Assembly (NCBI GenBank): GCA_963693365.1
Contig: CAVNZM010000011.1
Span: 6,777,921 to 6,841,920, forward strand
Length of the DNA: 64,000 bases
From: Amoebidium appalachense
Lineage: Eukaryota > Protista > Ichthyosporea
Direction: 5' to 3'
The translations under genes were made by a program, and so were the position numbers. Numbering within the stretch: the first letter of the stretch is position 1; every line of letters starts with the position of its first letter. Positions 49,597 through 63,472 of this stretch are shown piece after piece. The notes beneath the pieces are model-generated. The model had not been told where the DNA came from. It did not search any database and saw nothing but the letters and a program-made list of their open reading frames with translations.

Positions 49597-50533
49597 ATGC
49601 GGCCAGCAGCACTAAGGTTTGATTATATACCGTTCAAAGCAGGCTGCAGGCGGCACACATACACACTTGTGTTGGATAGTTTCTGTGTAACATTGAAAAG
49701 TCACGGTTTGCATAGCTGTATATATATAGCCTTTGCGTTTCAACTTCCTAAGGTGCAACCTGGCTGCTGGCAGCTATTCTGTGCGTGCAAATCACTCGTC
49801 AACACGAGGTGACATACTGCATCGGTCACGTGTCGTGTGTTTCATTGAGAGTTGAGAATAAATTATGAGTCTATAACACGACTTGGCATGGCGTAATGTG
49901 TCTGGGATACTCAGCCATGTGGAAAAAAACAGTCTGAGAGGCTACACGTGGCCGTGTTACAGCCCGAGACATGTAGAATAAGGCTCGAAGTACAAGTGAA
50001 CTTCACGGGAGGCACCATGGGATGTACATATTCCGTCAGGTTTCTGGCCGGCGCTCTTGTCATGTGTAGGAGGGGCACGATGCTGCCAGTAGATGTTTTC
50101 AAACCACACGAAAATGCACCATCAGCTCCAAATATGCATACGACTCTTGAAGATCAAGATCACATCCTTGTCGAAAGGGTTGCAACTGCTATTCAAGTCT
50201 AGTGCTGTCTCTTATGCCATTTAAATTGCTCCCCTGCCCAATCCTAGATTTCTTGACTGATCCTGAGCCTCAAGCGACAAGACCTCGACTCTCTGTTGCT
50301 TCCCGTACCCTACCCCACCCCGGGCCCAACCCATTCCCTCTCTAGATGCTGTGTTTGGATAGGTGGGTGGGGGGCTTGGTGGAAGGAGGGGGGGGGTGGG
50401 GAGCTGGGGGGAGGGGGGAGGGGAGGGGGGTTGTGCGTGTGTGCGTTTGTGCGTGTTTGTGTGTGTGTATGTGTGTTTGTGTGTGTGTGTGTACGTGTGG
50501 GCGGGTGTGCGTGTGTGTGTGTGTGTGTGTATG

Positions 50534-50582
<49 letters not shown>

Positions 50583-51336
50583 GCGCGTGTGTGCAGGCGT
50601 GCACGCATAATAGTGTAAATGTGACACTGTGCAAATGCTTATGGGTTTACGATGTTTACTCGAGGCAGAGATGTGCACGGTAGTGTGTTGTATGTAGGTG
50701 TGTGTTGCATGTGCAAGGAGAATATAGTGCGTACCTGCGTGCATTCGTGTGCGCCTTAGTACGTGCGTGTGTGCGTGCGTGTGTGTGTACGTGCGTATAA
50801 GCCACGTATTTCCCTGCGTACGTGTGTGACCAGTGACAGCGACGGCCGGCTGCGCCCACGACGGTGCACTTGGCACTGTCACATACGTACTCCCACGCGC
50901 CCTAATATTAGCTTAAGAATTCACCGCCAAATTCACAAACATGGCTGATGCGCAACGTGCGAATAATTAAACTACATTAAAACATAGCACAATGAACGTT
51001 TATACTTCTTTAACTAAGAAAAAAACCACAATAATAATATCACGCGTAATCAACGTCCACATTCCAGAGTGGTGCGCATATGCCTTTCAAGGCTTAGCCC
51101 GGGCTGCTGGGGCTGTGCTCAACAGTTCAAGTCGTTGCCGGTCCTCAAGTCTGGAAAGCCGAGTAATCATGTGAAGGCAGATGCGGTTACAGTAACTAAC
51201 TCAAAACTCTTCCAAAACACCTGCTGCTTGTAATAACTATTCGTCATATGTTGGCATTTGAAGCATTCGCTGTGTAAATCAATCGAACTTAAAAGTTCTG
51301 CTTGCACTTATTTCATCGAATTCGGACATCAGAAAA

Positions 51337-52170
51337 ATGGTTCCCGAGTCCACAGTTACAGCAACGTCCATCACCTCTGAAGCCACTCTTGAGCAGCCCA
51401 TAGAGATGGCTGACATCAGTAGTTTGACTCTTCCGAGCGTGGACCAGCTCTCAACAACGACCATTACCACGGCTCCGGTTGCCACCATTAAGGTAGATGC
51501 CCATGCTTTGCGAGATTCGAATTGGTCTGCGATGATGGCAGCAAAAAACCAGTGTGTGTGTGTGCTGTGTATGGTTGCTCGCGCGCGCGCGTGTGTGAAT
51601 GTTTATGTGCGTGTGCCTAAGTGTGTATGAGTATTTGTGCCGTCCGGGCGTGTGTGCGTTAGCGACGTATATCGATAACACTTGTCCATGTGTGCACATA
51701 TGTTTGCGTGATATTGTCTAACACTATAATTTCTGGCGTGTGTGTGCAGGGGTCTCTGTATCATGGTGTGTGTGTGTGTGTGTGTGTGCATTGTGGACAG
51801 CCTAGTATAAAGCCTATGGGCAACTAAAGGCCAACAAAAACTCTCTTGTTGAATCAGCCATAAGAACCACGCCTTTCTGGTTCGTCTCGGCTCACTTTTT
51901 CCTACACAGATCCAGGTAGAGGCGTATGACGGCACAGATCTTTCCGATGCATGCGACCAGAAGGCAACCAGCGAAAGTCTCTCCCTTGCTGATCCGGAGT
52001 TCCTGATTCTTGAAGACGATGACGCAGTGGGCAAACAGCAGGTCTTTCTCAGACTGATACAGACCATCGGCGTGTGTGTGCCAATACCATTTCGCCAGTG
52101 TTGGACTGACAACGGCACAAATGCCCAGAACCAGACCATGGCGGGAGAGGGAATCTTTGTAAACAACTAG
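51337..52170 (+). CDS. Hypothetical 2-exon acidic Thr/Ser-rich protein, about 138 aa
   Basis: Exons 51337-51492 (AAG|gtagat) and 51910-52170 (cacag|ATC) join in phase 0: MVPESTVTATS...VATIK|IQVEAYDGTDLSDACDQK...GIFVNN*. No family recognised. Confidence 0.5.
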
Positions 52171-53694
52171 GTTAAACTGTGAGTGATATTATGTGAGCAC
52201 GGGTGTGTGAGCTGAAGCACTTGAGCTCTATGATTGTCCGAAGCACGCTTGAAACGGTGTTGAAAACTTCGACACCGTCAACCTTCACTCGATTTAAAGG
52301 TTGCCCGTAGAAAGTGAATCTCAATGCGAGTGTTAATAAACGTCGGTTTCGATCATCCACATGGCAGCTGCAAGGGCCATTGAAGTAGATTGCTTACGCT
52401 CGATTGAAACACAATACACCAAAGCCTTCACATACGGAGAAACACACACACACACTCAACACAGCCAACATACACGTCGCACGCACTAGCACACACTCAA
52501 CCACACGCACATTCCTTGCACGAGCGAGATCTGGCACCAACAACTGGGGATCTAATATTAACCTTTCTTCCTTGCTTATACGCAGAGATAATTAAGCGTT
52601 ACTTACCTTGGAACACAACGTGGTCTGCGCATTTGCGTGCTCGGAAATCAAGCATGGGCCGAGAACCTTTTCTTGCGAAGATTCCCCGGATGGCAACACC
52701 GATCAGAAAGCAAGACCACACCCGTATTATGTGACACGTAGCGATTGCACAAATGTATACATAAGGAAGATTTGAAAAGGCCCTTTGACAATACTACTCA
52801 AGAAGGGGCATCATATTGATTTCAACAAAGTTATGCGTCTGCAGAGATGCCATTGAAGTCCAACAAAGTTGTACAAAAGTTGTACTTCTATTAGAAATCG
52901 TGCCAGGGGTTCCTTGATAACCAAAGACACCTACACAAGAATATAAACTGCTGGCAGAGTGTGATGTATGCTTTTACGTGCAGGAAAAGAGAGATGGCGG
53001 GGGCGGCGGGTGTATGAAGGGGGGGAGGGGGGGGAGGGGGGGGGGAGGAAGCTCATAGCATGTAATGGTAATAAAGAGTGCGGATAATTGGTGAACTGAA
53101 AAGCTCTAAACATTCGTGTGAGTGTGTGGTGATGATCGTGTTGATTCTTTCGTCTTCTTTTCAAGTCCGCCGAATTCGAAGTCCACACAAGTGCACCGAG
53201 GCCGTGTGCCAGACCACGACTATGACGTCATACATCCCTGCACTATATACGATGCAATCGATAGATCATAGGAACAGAAGAAGCGTTGTTGGACTACTCG
53301 GGCATTTGAAAGTGGAGGCCTCGGAGCGCGTCACAGTCGCACGTGTACACTTCACTAGGCCCCTAAAAAAGGATTTTGGCCGGACATCTATGTATAGGAA
53401 GCTTGTAGGGATGTTTTTGTAGTGTTTCGAGCGTTACACAGCGGTTTGGGGCTTAGTGCAGTTGAGAGCAATTGTGAAGGTTGAGGTGGGGCACAACACA
53501 TCCATTCTAGGACTAACGATTCATCGCGAGGTGTACGCGAAACGGAGTAGAGTAAAGAACATTTCTACACGCATACCCACATGCTCACACACACGCACTC
53601 GCACAGGTGAAAATATAGGCTGAAACGTTGACAGGAATACACACACACACACTTCACACACATACGCTTAGGGTCGCGCATACACACAGCAAAA

Positions 53695-54814
53695 ATGGCG
53701 AGGGATGGCTCAACCGGCAGGATGTCGAAAAAGCGCAAGCAGGTTGATGAGGGAGAGGAGGAGGTGAAAAAGAAAGTGAAAGTAGAGGCAGGAGCACAAC
53801 ACGAAGAAACACCAGTAGTCGAAAAAAAACCCAAACAGGTTACTGAGGGAAGGGAGGTGAAAAAGGAAGCGAAAATAAAGGCAGAAGCACAACATGAAGG
53901 AGGGGAGGGAAAGAAATCTGGAAAGAAGAATCAGATCAAGGTGGAGTATGAAGGGGACGAAGGGGAGGAGGCAGGGCAGCAGAAGGGCGGTAAAGGGCGC
54001 AAGAAGAAGGAGGAAAAGGTATTTGGTTAATGTTTTTGGATGAATCTCTATTCAATTTTGTATGCTGTGCTTTGGTCCCCCGTTCTCTCCCCGGCCTTCC
54101 ACTTCCTCTTTCCCTCTTCTGTTTGTTTTCGTTTTCTAGCATACTATCAGACCTTGCCCATCCGCGTCATCCATGACCCTTTGCCACCTACTTATCCTCG
54201 CGTCCCCATGGCAGTGTTTCGCGTGCTCGAATCCACTATAGTTCAACATCCACTGATCATAGATCCGCTCCCCCCTCCCTCCCCCCAACCCCCCTCCTCC
54301 TCCCCCCCCCCCCCCCCTCCCCCCCCTCCCCCCCCCCCCCCTTCACGTTTGCTTTCCCTTTCTCCCTTTTCAGATGGGGTATTGCCCACGTCATGCTTAT
54401 GTCTTGAATGCATGCCCTCCCCCCCCCCCCCCCCCCCTTCCCCTTCCCCAGCGACTGAACCTTTTCCTGGACCTAACTTTCAATTCCTTTGCTCCATATA
54501 TTTTGAAGCAAAAAGAATGCCTTTTTCTCGTCTCTTTGTTGACCGTCTTTTTCCTAAACACCAGGTTCTATATATAGCATTTGTTGGCCAGCTGCCCTAT
54601 ACGGCCACCACCGAGACCATATCGAAATACTTTAAGGAACAGGCCAAGCTGGGCCCTAGCGAGTTAAAGAGTGTACGGGTATTGACGAATAAGGAGACGG
54701 GACAATCAAGAGGTGGGTTATAGTATATACTTGCGTTTTGCATCGTGTATTTAACATGGTCGAGGGAGGAAGAGTGTTGAAGAGACGCTGGTGGGTGGGG
54801 GTCTGGGTGGGTTT

Positions 54815-54846
<32 letters not shown>

Positions 54847-55334
54847 GGGGGGCAGGGGGGGGGGGGAGGGGGTGCTGAATAAATGTTTGGATTGGTCCAG
54901 CTTAGTGGTGGTGGATAGTTGGGTGGAAAGGATAGGGTGGGGTGGGGTGGAGGGGGGGTTTGGTTGTCGGGGGAGGGAGGGAAGGGGGAGGCATGCTGTT
55001 TGGGTCAGGGAAAGGGGAAAGGGGAAATGGTGTTGAGGGAAAAGATTACATTTTTCTCCCTCCTCATCTCACTCTATCCCACCAGTAGGGCAGCCACCCA
55101 CCAGGAAATGGGGCAGGGGCAGGGGAGGCAGAGGGGGAAGGATAAGAGGCGGGGAGGGGGGAGGGGGGGGGGGTCTGGGAGGGAATGGGGCACAGGGGGA
55201 GAGGGAGGAGGGGGGGGGGGATATATTTTGAGGGAAAGTGGATGGGTATGGTGTTTGGGTGGGAAAAAAGAAAATGCAGTCAAAGATTTGACGGGAAAAA
55301 TCCCCTTGCCCACCCTCTCCCCTTCCTCCCCCCC

Positions 55335-55383
<49 letters not shown>

Positions 55384-55775
55384 ACACACACACACCACCT
55401 CCACCCCACCCCACCCTACCACCACCACCACTAGTACCACTGCAACCGCCCGGACTTGCCTCCCCAATATCTGCCGTGATGTCGGGTGTTTCTGTTTTTT
55501 TTTTGTTTTTTTTTTTGTTTTTTTGAGGTTTTGTTCTTTTCTGCCATCTGGGATTATATGTTCCAAACACCAACCCACCATGCCTACTCACCATCACCAC
55601 GAGGGGCCACTTTCTTGTTGTCGACATCTCCTTTAACACAAGCTGACGTGATTTTGGCCAATCAGGGATGGCGTTTGTTGAGGTGACGAGTGGGGAGGCA
55701 CTTGCCAGGGTCGTTGCCCTTCACCACCACAAGTTCGACGGGTATGTGCACTCACTGTGTGCACTAAATAACTTG

Positions 55776-55858
<83 letters not shown>

Positions 55859-56136
55859 GGTGTGTGTGTGCGCGCGCGCGTGTGTGTAGGTGTGTGTGTT
55901 TACGTGTGTGGCTGTGTGTGTGTGTACGTGTATGTGTGGTTATGAGGGCGGGTCAGCGGTGATAATATGTGTATGTGTAGAAAAAGTGTGTGCATGGATC
56001 GATGTATGTGTGTGTTGGCGTGCCTGCCTGCCTGCCTGCCTGCCTGCCTGCATTCATGCTCGAATCAGGCATGTACACGCCTAGTCATCCCACCAATCCG
56101 TCGTAAAGTTGTGCTTTCAAGATATACCCCCCCCCC

Positions 56137-56174
<38 letters not shown>

Positions 56175-56421
56175 CGCCCGTGCCCCTGACAAGGGCACTA
56201 ATCGCTAATCTATGATGCCTGTGCCTTGTGTCTGTCTTCTCTTATGCAATGGCTGCACTGTGATGTCCGTCGTGTTATAAACTTAGTGTTCGATTTAGCA
56301 GGTTCCCCCCCCCCCCCTCCCTCCCCCCACAAACACACCCACGCATACACACGCAACGCTTGCCCGTACGCACATGCGCGCGCGCACACACACACACACG
56401 CACACACACACACACACGCAT

Positions 56422-56491
<70 letters not shown>

Positions 56492-56539
56492 CCAGCTTCT
56501 CTCCAGCCGTACCGCTACTATGCGACCCCCCTTATTCAC

Positions 56540-56570
<31 letters not shown>

Positions 56571-58478
56571 TTTTTGCTTTCTTTTCTTCCCTTCTTTTTT
56601 CTTTTCTTTCTTTGTTTCCATACCTCTTTTCCTTTTTCTTTTCTTTTTCCCCCCCTTTCACGTTTTTTTTTTTTTCAGGCGGAAGATCAATGTAGAGGAG
56701 TCAGGGCAGGGAGGCAAAGCAAAGAGGAAGTTGGAAGCAGCAGAGGCCCGGCTAAAGCTCAAAGAGAAGAGGAAGAAGGAGGTGGACAAGATGATTGAAA
56801 AGTACGTGCCAGTATCCCCCCCCCCACACACACACATACACACACACACACGCACACACGACACACAACCACAAACACACACCTCTCCCCAACTCCAACC
56901 CCAACCCCACCTCTCGCCCTCGCTCAATGCGTCGCCATGCAAACATCCCTCCCTCCGCTCTTTCCCCTCCTTCTCTGCTTAGATTGCACACTGCGCGCGT
57001 TGCTGATGCTGCATACTTGAATGGTTGCTCTTGCATATGTCCTGCACAGCGTTTCTCATCGTGTAGGTGTGCTTCGTAGCCGTGTCCCACATTTAAACCC
57101 CCTTCCCCTTCCCCCCCCCGCCCCTCTCCCCCCCCCCCCCCCCCCCCCCCCTCCTCCCCCCGTCCCTCCATCTTCGACCTGACTTTTGATAGACTACTGC
57201 ATATGGTGGAATGCCACAAGGAAAGGGGATGGGAAGAGAACTTGGGGTCTTAAAAGGAAGGGAAGGGAGTCACTAAACGAAAGAGAGTATGGGTGGGTGG
57301 GTGGGTGGGGTTTTTTTTTTTTTTTTTTTGGGGGGGGGGGGGGGAGGAGGGGGGGGGGAAGAGATATAGGGATGTTACGAAAGGAGAGGGAGGGGGGTTG
57401 AGGTCTACATTTTTTTTGGAGTGTGGATGGGTGCGTGTGTGTGGGTTCTTGTCTGTGGCGTGTGTGCGCGGGCGTGCGTGTGTGTACGTGTTGATGCGTG
57501 TGTGGATGTGGTGGCCACTTTGCGGGGCGGGGGGGGGGGGGGGGGGGGGGGGAAGGGAAGGGAAGGAAGAGGGTAAGGAAGGGGGAAAATAATCCGAGCA
57601 CAACCAAGACTAAGTGGCGGTGTCTGTGTGTCTGTGTGTCTGTGTACAGATTGATATCAGAGAGGGGGAGAGGGAGAGGTAGATAGGGAGGGAGGGAGAG
57701 AGTCAGAGAGAGAGAATGAGGTGGGGGAAGAGGGAGAGGGAGAGAGAGGGGGAGGGGGGGGAGGAGGAGGAAGATATGGTGAATGCAAGCACAAACTGAG
57801 TGGTTTTTACTTGTTTCCCTGTGCGTGTGCAGGTTGGTATTGGGAAGGGAGAGAGAGAAAGAGAGCGGTAAGGGAAGATGGAGGGGGGGGGGGGGGGGGG
57901 GGGAGATATGGTGAATGCAAGCACAAACTAATTGGTTTTACTTGTTTCCCTGTGCGTGTGCAGGTTGGTATCGGAGAGCCCTGAGGCGTTGAGTCACGAT
58001 GACTTTGACGAACAGCTAATGAAGATGTTGTATACGGACGTGCCTCTTAATGTGGGAAAGGCTGCATTAGAGGAGGTGGGTGGTATTTTCTTAGTTTGTT
58101 TTTAATTTTAGTTTTTTGTTTTTATTTACTTTTTCTCACATTGTTGTATACCGACGTGCCTCTTAATGTGGCTAAGGCTGCATTGGAAGAGGCGGGTCGT
58201 ATTTTCTTTCGTTTGTTTTCGTTTTTGTTTTTGTCTTCGTTTCACTATGGTGATTGTTGTTTACTTTGTTATTATTATTGAGGTGGTGGTGACGGTGGTG
58301 GTGGTGGTGGAGGTAGGTGGGGAGAGAGGGGGGGGGGGTGGGGGGTGGGAGGGGAGGGAGGGAGAGAGAGAGAGAGAGAGAGCTTTGGTTGGTAAATGAT
58401 TTTTTTTTCTTTTTTTTCCCCTTTTTTTAGAGGGGGAAGGCGGAGGGGGGGGGGGTCTTGGTAGTGGTGGAGGTAGGT

Positions 58479-58557
<79 letters not shown>

Positions 58558-59135
58558 GTTGGTAAATGATTTTTTTTTATTTTTTATTTTCCTCCCTTTT
58601 TTCCCCCTTTTTTTGGAGGGGCAAGGCGGAGGGTGTGGAGGGGAGGGGGGGGGGGGGGGGGGGGGGGGGGGTTCTTGGTTTGCATATGCTTGCAAATTGT
58701 TGTGTATGTGCTTTTGGATTGCTGGTTGGTAAACGACTCCTCTCGAGTTTAGCTAAAGCTGTTGCCGTTTCAAACTTGAAGCAACCGGATTCTTCGCAAG
58801 AGTTTCGAGAGTCCAAGCCTGGGGGGTTGCGGGGGCATAGAAATCCTTTGGATGATGGGCTCCGTTTTAGTAGTCGTGCTCTCTTTGCTCGATCGTTTCG
58901 TTTCCTGTTTTGCGTTTTCAGTTTTGTGGTGTTTGCACGTCTTTGCCGCTAGGCTTGACATCTCTCAATCCCCCCCCCCCCCCCCCCCCCCCCTGGGCCC
59001 TCCCTGAAAATGGGCTCTGCTTATGACGCATACTGTGCGCATGGCTGATGTTGCATACTTGAATATTTGCCTTTGCATGTGTCCTGCACCATGCTTCTCA
59101 TCGTGTATGCGTACTTCGTACCGTGTTCCGCATTC

Positions 59136-59204
<69 letters not shown>

Positions 59205-59697
59205 ACCCACCCGCCCATCCGCCCTTTGCTTCTCATATATACTCTTGCTTAGTTTGCACTCTGCAGTAGTTGTCCGTTATGCATGTGTACTTCGTACTCT
59301 ATTGCACATTCTAACCCCCCCCCCCCCCCCCCCCCCCTCTCCCCCTCCCCCGGCTCCCGATCTCTTTTTTTTTTTTTCTCCTAACCGTTCTATTAGTATG
59401 CCTACCCCTCTCGCTGACCTACTTCTCGCCCCCCCCCCCCCCCCCCCCCTTTTTTTCCTTTCTTTTTTTTCTTTTTTTTTTTTTTGCGTGTGCGTGCTGC
59501 AGTTTGTCACTCTCGACACCAATGTACGCAAAGTCAAGAACCGAACAGCGTACCTAACAGGAATTGTCAAGAAACACCACTTAGCCACCGACACCTTCCG
59601 AAAGCCGGCGGAAGGAAAGAAGAAGAAGAAGGGCACAAACAGATGGGGTGGAGGGGGTGCAAAGGGGCCGCGGCGCCCTCAGAGTTTCGATTATTGA
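53695..59697 (+). CDS. Nop6-like single-RRM protein with a Lys/Glu-rich N-terminus and a C-terminal hnRNP-Q/R acidic (NURR)-like domain; 6 exons, about 325 aa
   Basis: Exons 53695-54018, 54565-54712, 55666-55741, 56679-56801, 57964-58075, 59503-59697. RNP2 [11 protein letters not shown]1 [28 protein letters not shown], then [10 protein letters not shown]...ALEEF...[14 protein letters not shown]. Confidence 0.88.
56973..57097 (+). mobile_element. Diverged 5'-truncated family A element
   Basis: gctgatgctgcatacttgaatggttgc...cgtgtcccacatttaaa + C run. Confidence 0.7.
58672..59314 (+). mobile_element. Stack of three poly(C)-anchored elements: family D (~58672-58969), family A (58994-59137) and a family B remnant (~59225-59314)
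   Basis: Family D has aaacgactc...gagagtc...ggatgatgggctccgttt. The family A copy starts tgggccctccctgaaaatggg. Each ends at a C run. Confidence 0.7.
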
Positions 59698-59821
59698 AAC
59701 GATTTTATTTTTATTTTTTTGGAAAGTGATTTTTTGTTGGCCCTCGATTTTTTTTGATTTTTTTTTTTAAAGGGGTTTCTTTATTCATAGTGTTTGTGGA
59801 CGGCGTGTGTGTGGTGGTGGG

Positions 59822-59861
<40 letters not shown>

Positions 59862-60355
59862 CTGTCTTGCCTTGCCCTTCTTATGTCTCATCGATATCCC
59901 TTGCTAATTGTACGATTGACGGTTTGAGGTGTGTACATACATACCACCATTTTAAACGGAACGGTTTACTAAATTAAAAAATTAAAAACTTTAAAGGTAT
60001 TGTTGCGGCCAATATCCATGATGCATTTATTTGCTATATTCGTGAGTTCCGACGCTCAGCATCTACTTAAGTGTAAATGTAATAAATTTCGGCCCATCTC
60101 TAGGGGCGTTCTCGGAGCTTCAGCCTTCAGGGATCTTTTTCGCCGACTTTGAGGCTCACAAGCACTCGCTCATTGACAAGGAATATGTATGTTTGCCACC
60201 TGTGTTTAAAATTGCGATTAAAAAATTACTACTGCGTTAAACTGGTATCGACATGCAGATCTAAACAAGTTATTTAAATCGGGGCCCTGGGACTTAGGTG
60301 CGGCCAACAGCAATAGATGTTATTTACTAGGCTATGGGGTAGCTACCGAGATGCG

Positions 60356-60401
<46 letters not shown>

Positions 60402-61359
60402 CTGGGCTCTGTAGCAGCTTCCTGGGCACTACTAGAGGATTGAAAAGGGGATTCAATTGAGTGCAGTGATTATATCATATGTGGCCGAGGCTTAATATGA
60501 ATACTTAAAAGTCTTCTAAAGTTTTTTTTTTCCAACCTTGGATGCTTTTACTCAGGAATTTCGAAGATTCTAATGAATGTAATAGGCGAAAAGTATCTTC
60601 GTGTGTGTGTGTGTGTGCACGTGCGTGTGTACGCACATGTGTGTATCTTCGTGTGTGCGTGTGTGTTTTCAACGGTGCGCATGCGTGCGTGTGTTTGTGC
60701 ATGCTCCAATTGCAATATAGCTGTGTGTGCGTGGTCCGGCACTGGTACGACGTCTGTTTTCTTTGGAACAAAACACACGAACCTCAGCCCTAGCGCTACT
60801 GAATTCCCGCCACGGCCAATAACCGAAAGAAAACAGAGGGGCCGGGAAAGAAAAAAGAAAGAAAACGAAAGAGAAAAAGCGCGGGATATTTCAAACCGTT
60901 TGAAAGTCAACACAAGGCACAAAAGCTGCCGAACATCATTTCGCATACATTAACTTCAGTTGCCCGCGGGCATGCTCTCTCTTCCCCGCACGTACCGTGA
61001 CACCTAGCTACTAGGCACACCGGTAACACTCCGGATCCCCAGATCTAGAAAAAGGTCCCAGGAAGAAGGGAAGGGGCGGGGGGGGGGGGGGGGGGGGGGG
61101 GGGGGGATGTCACTGTCACGGTGCACGCGATGTGTACAGGTGTATACGTGTGTGTGTGTACGGGCGCCGCGGTCGGCGTGTGTCTATGTGGCCAAAGTTT
61201 TCAATAAAAAGCTTAATCTATGTAACCAACACATCTAGTTCTGTGCTTCATAAAACCCACAATTCCCAAAAAAAATAAAAAAACGATAGCTTCTAGACTG
61301 CACTGAAAGGCAAGTGTACAATCATGTGGTTTTCACTACCGTTCGGATTTTGGGGAAGT

Positions 61360-61432
<73 letters not shown>

Positions 61433-61573
61433 CTGCCGACATGTATGCATGCGGGGGGGGGGGGCTGCCGACATGTATGCATGCTGTGATGAGACGAAGT
61501 TCAGTTGGCACCCAGGCAACAGGAAGTTCCAGCCAACAATATGGGCCCGATGTGAAATAAAACGCTACAAGAC

Positions 61574-61912
61574 TTGCATCATATGTAGGTGGAGATATAA
61601 CTTTTTTTCCTTCTTTTTTTTCCTTCTTGGATTCATACCGTATATGTAGTAATGATTTTACGTTTTGCGAATTTAAATTTATACACAAAACAAAACAAAC
61701 AAAAAAAAAAAAAAGACATGCATCATATGTATGTGGAGGCATACCTTCCCTCCCCCCAAATTTTTTTTCCTTTTGGATTCATACCGTATTAGTAGTAATG
61801 GTTTTATGTTTTGCGAAAAAAAAAACAAAAAAACAAAAACAAAACAAAACCAAAAAAAAAACTTTGTATCTCCACATATGATGTCTGTAACGATACGTTA
61901 TATCTCCACATA
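61574..61912. repeat. Degenerate direct duplication plus inverted copies of a catatgtggagata-like motif (possible foldback/MITE remnant)
   Basis: tgcatcatatgta(g/t)gtggag...ttggattcataccgtat...gtagtaatg..ttttgcgaa occurs twice (61575, 61719). The inverted gtatctccacatatgatg is at 61866 and atatctccacata at 61900. Confidence 0.55.
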
Positions 61913-62671
61913 AAATTTGTATCATGTAAGTGTAACATCGATGTTTACATGTATATTTTGTCGGGTGGAAGTATTGTTGGCCTTGATGCCAACAACTCAT
62001 CACAGCTCACCTACTTGTCGTGTGTGTGTGTGTGATCTGGTTTGCATGTCTCGGTTACGTTGTGTGTCGTTATCTGATTAGTTAACATTAACAAAGGGGT
62101 GTATTTCGTATGTTTCAGTATCAAGATGTACAAATCGATACATTTTTATGGGAAACATGTTGTGTTTTTCCGGATTGGCCGGAGGGAGCGGTCAACAAAG
62201 TGCAATGATCCTATAAACAGCATACTGTTCCCCCCCTTTACACATACTGCATCCATATGCATGGCCGGCCCCGGTGACTTTAAAGAGCTGTCAGGGTGCA
62301 GTGATGACGTCATACACAACAGGTGTTTGATTAAAACTTCCCATCTCCCCATTCCTCCGGCCCTCCTCAGTAATATGCCTCAAACCCCCCTCCCCCCCCC
62401 CCCTTCCCTCCCCTTCCGCCTACCTCCCTCCCTCCCTCCATCCTGGGGCCCAGGGTGCCTTTTTTTTTTTTTTAACAGGTAGGAAGGTATGCGTGAATTT
62501 GGGGGGATGGGTGGGTGGGTGGGTGGGTGGGTGGGTGGGGGGGGGGGGGATTTGACTCGATCATCGACGAAAACAATTTTAGGGACACAGCCAAGGGGGG
62601 AAAAAAAGGGGAAAAAAGAAAAATGAATTGGATAATAACCAACAGGCACACTTCACGCTCACAACCCTCAG

Positions 62672-62706
<35 letters not shown>

Positions 62707-62944
62707 CCCTGGCGGAACCCCCGTCCGAACTGGTATCATCCAAACCAACACCCTCCATAGAGCTGCTCTTTGTGAGTTCCAACGTCATCGACTTTGCAAG
62801 TTCACTACATATGCTTCTCTTACTCCCACTGTGAAGCACCGGAACACTACCGCCCCCGCCTGCGCTGTTTTCCCCTCCGCCCACAGAAATGCTCCTCCGG
62901 AAAATTTAGAGGCTCGTGTTGCTCCCATCACCACACCCCTCGCA

Positions 62945-63094
62945 TCATGTTGCTTGCGGACTCAGTTTCATCCGGGAGTCCCTGTGGTGATGTTCTGATT
63001 GTACGTAACGCTCTTTCGTATATTCAATTTTTGGGGGATACGTGTGGGATACGTGGGTGGGTGGGTTGGTGGCCGTATGTGTGCGTGTGTGTGC

Positions 63095-63157
<63 letters not shown>

Positions 63158-63308
63158 TGTGTGCACGATGTGTGCCACGATGTGTTTGATAAAGAGGGGG
63201 CGGGGGGAGGGGGGGGGGGGGGGGGGGGGGGAGCTCGCACATGCGCGCAAGCAAGCGCACTGAGTTTTGAATCAGGTATTTGCCTTTTCCCATATTTCTG
63301 GCCCTGCC
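62945..63308 (-). other. Possible terminal exons of a minus-strand gene entering from the right
   Basis: Candidate GT-AG intron 63260-62995 filled with (CA)n/poly(C) on the minus strand, flanked by complex sequence. All frames stop soon after, so the reading frame is unresolved. Confidence 0.25.
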
Positions 63309-63435
63309 TGTTAACATTCAGTTGCAGCAGCGTGTGCAGCATGGTTTTTAAAATGGAAATCTAAAGTGAAATTTGAGCAACGCTTTTTGTGGGGGAATGT
63401 GATTGGGTGGAAGGAGGGATGGGGGGAGGGAGGGA

Positions 63436-63472
<37 letters not shown>

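Noticed and set aside
51603-52166. Minus-strand 187-aa ORF
   Set aside because: Better explained as the antisense of a + strand exon with good splice sites; it runs into microsatellite.
60990-61050. Helitron 3' end (hairpin plus CTAG)
   Set aside because: CTAG is followed by A rather than T, hairpin spacing is poor, and no matching 5' end or clear second copy was found.
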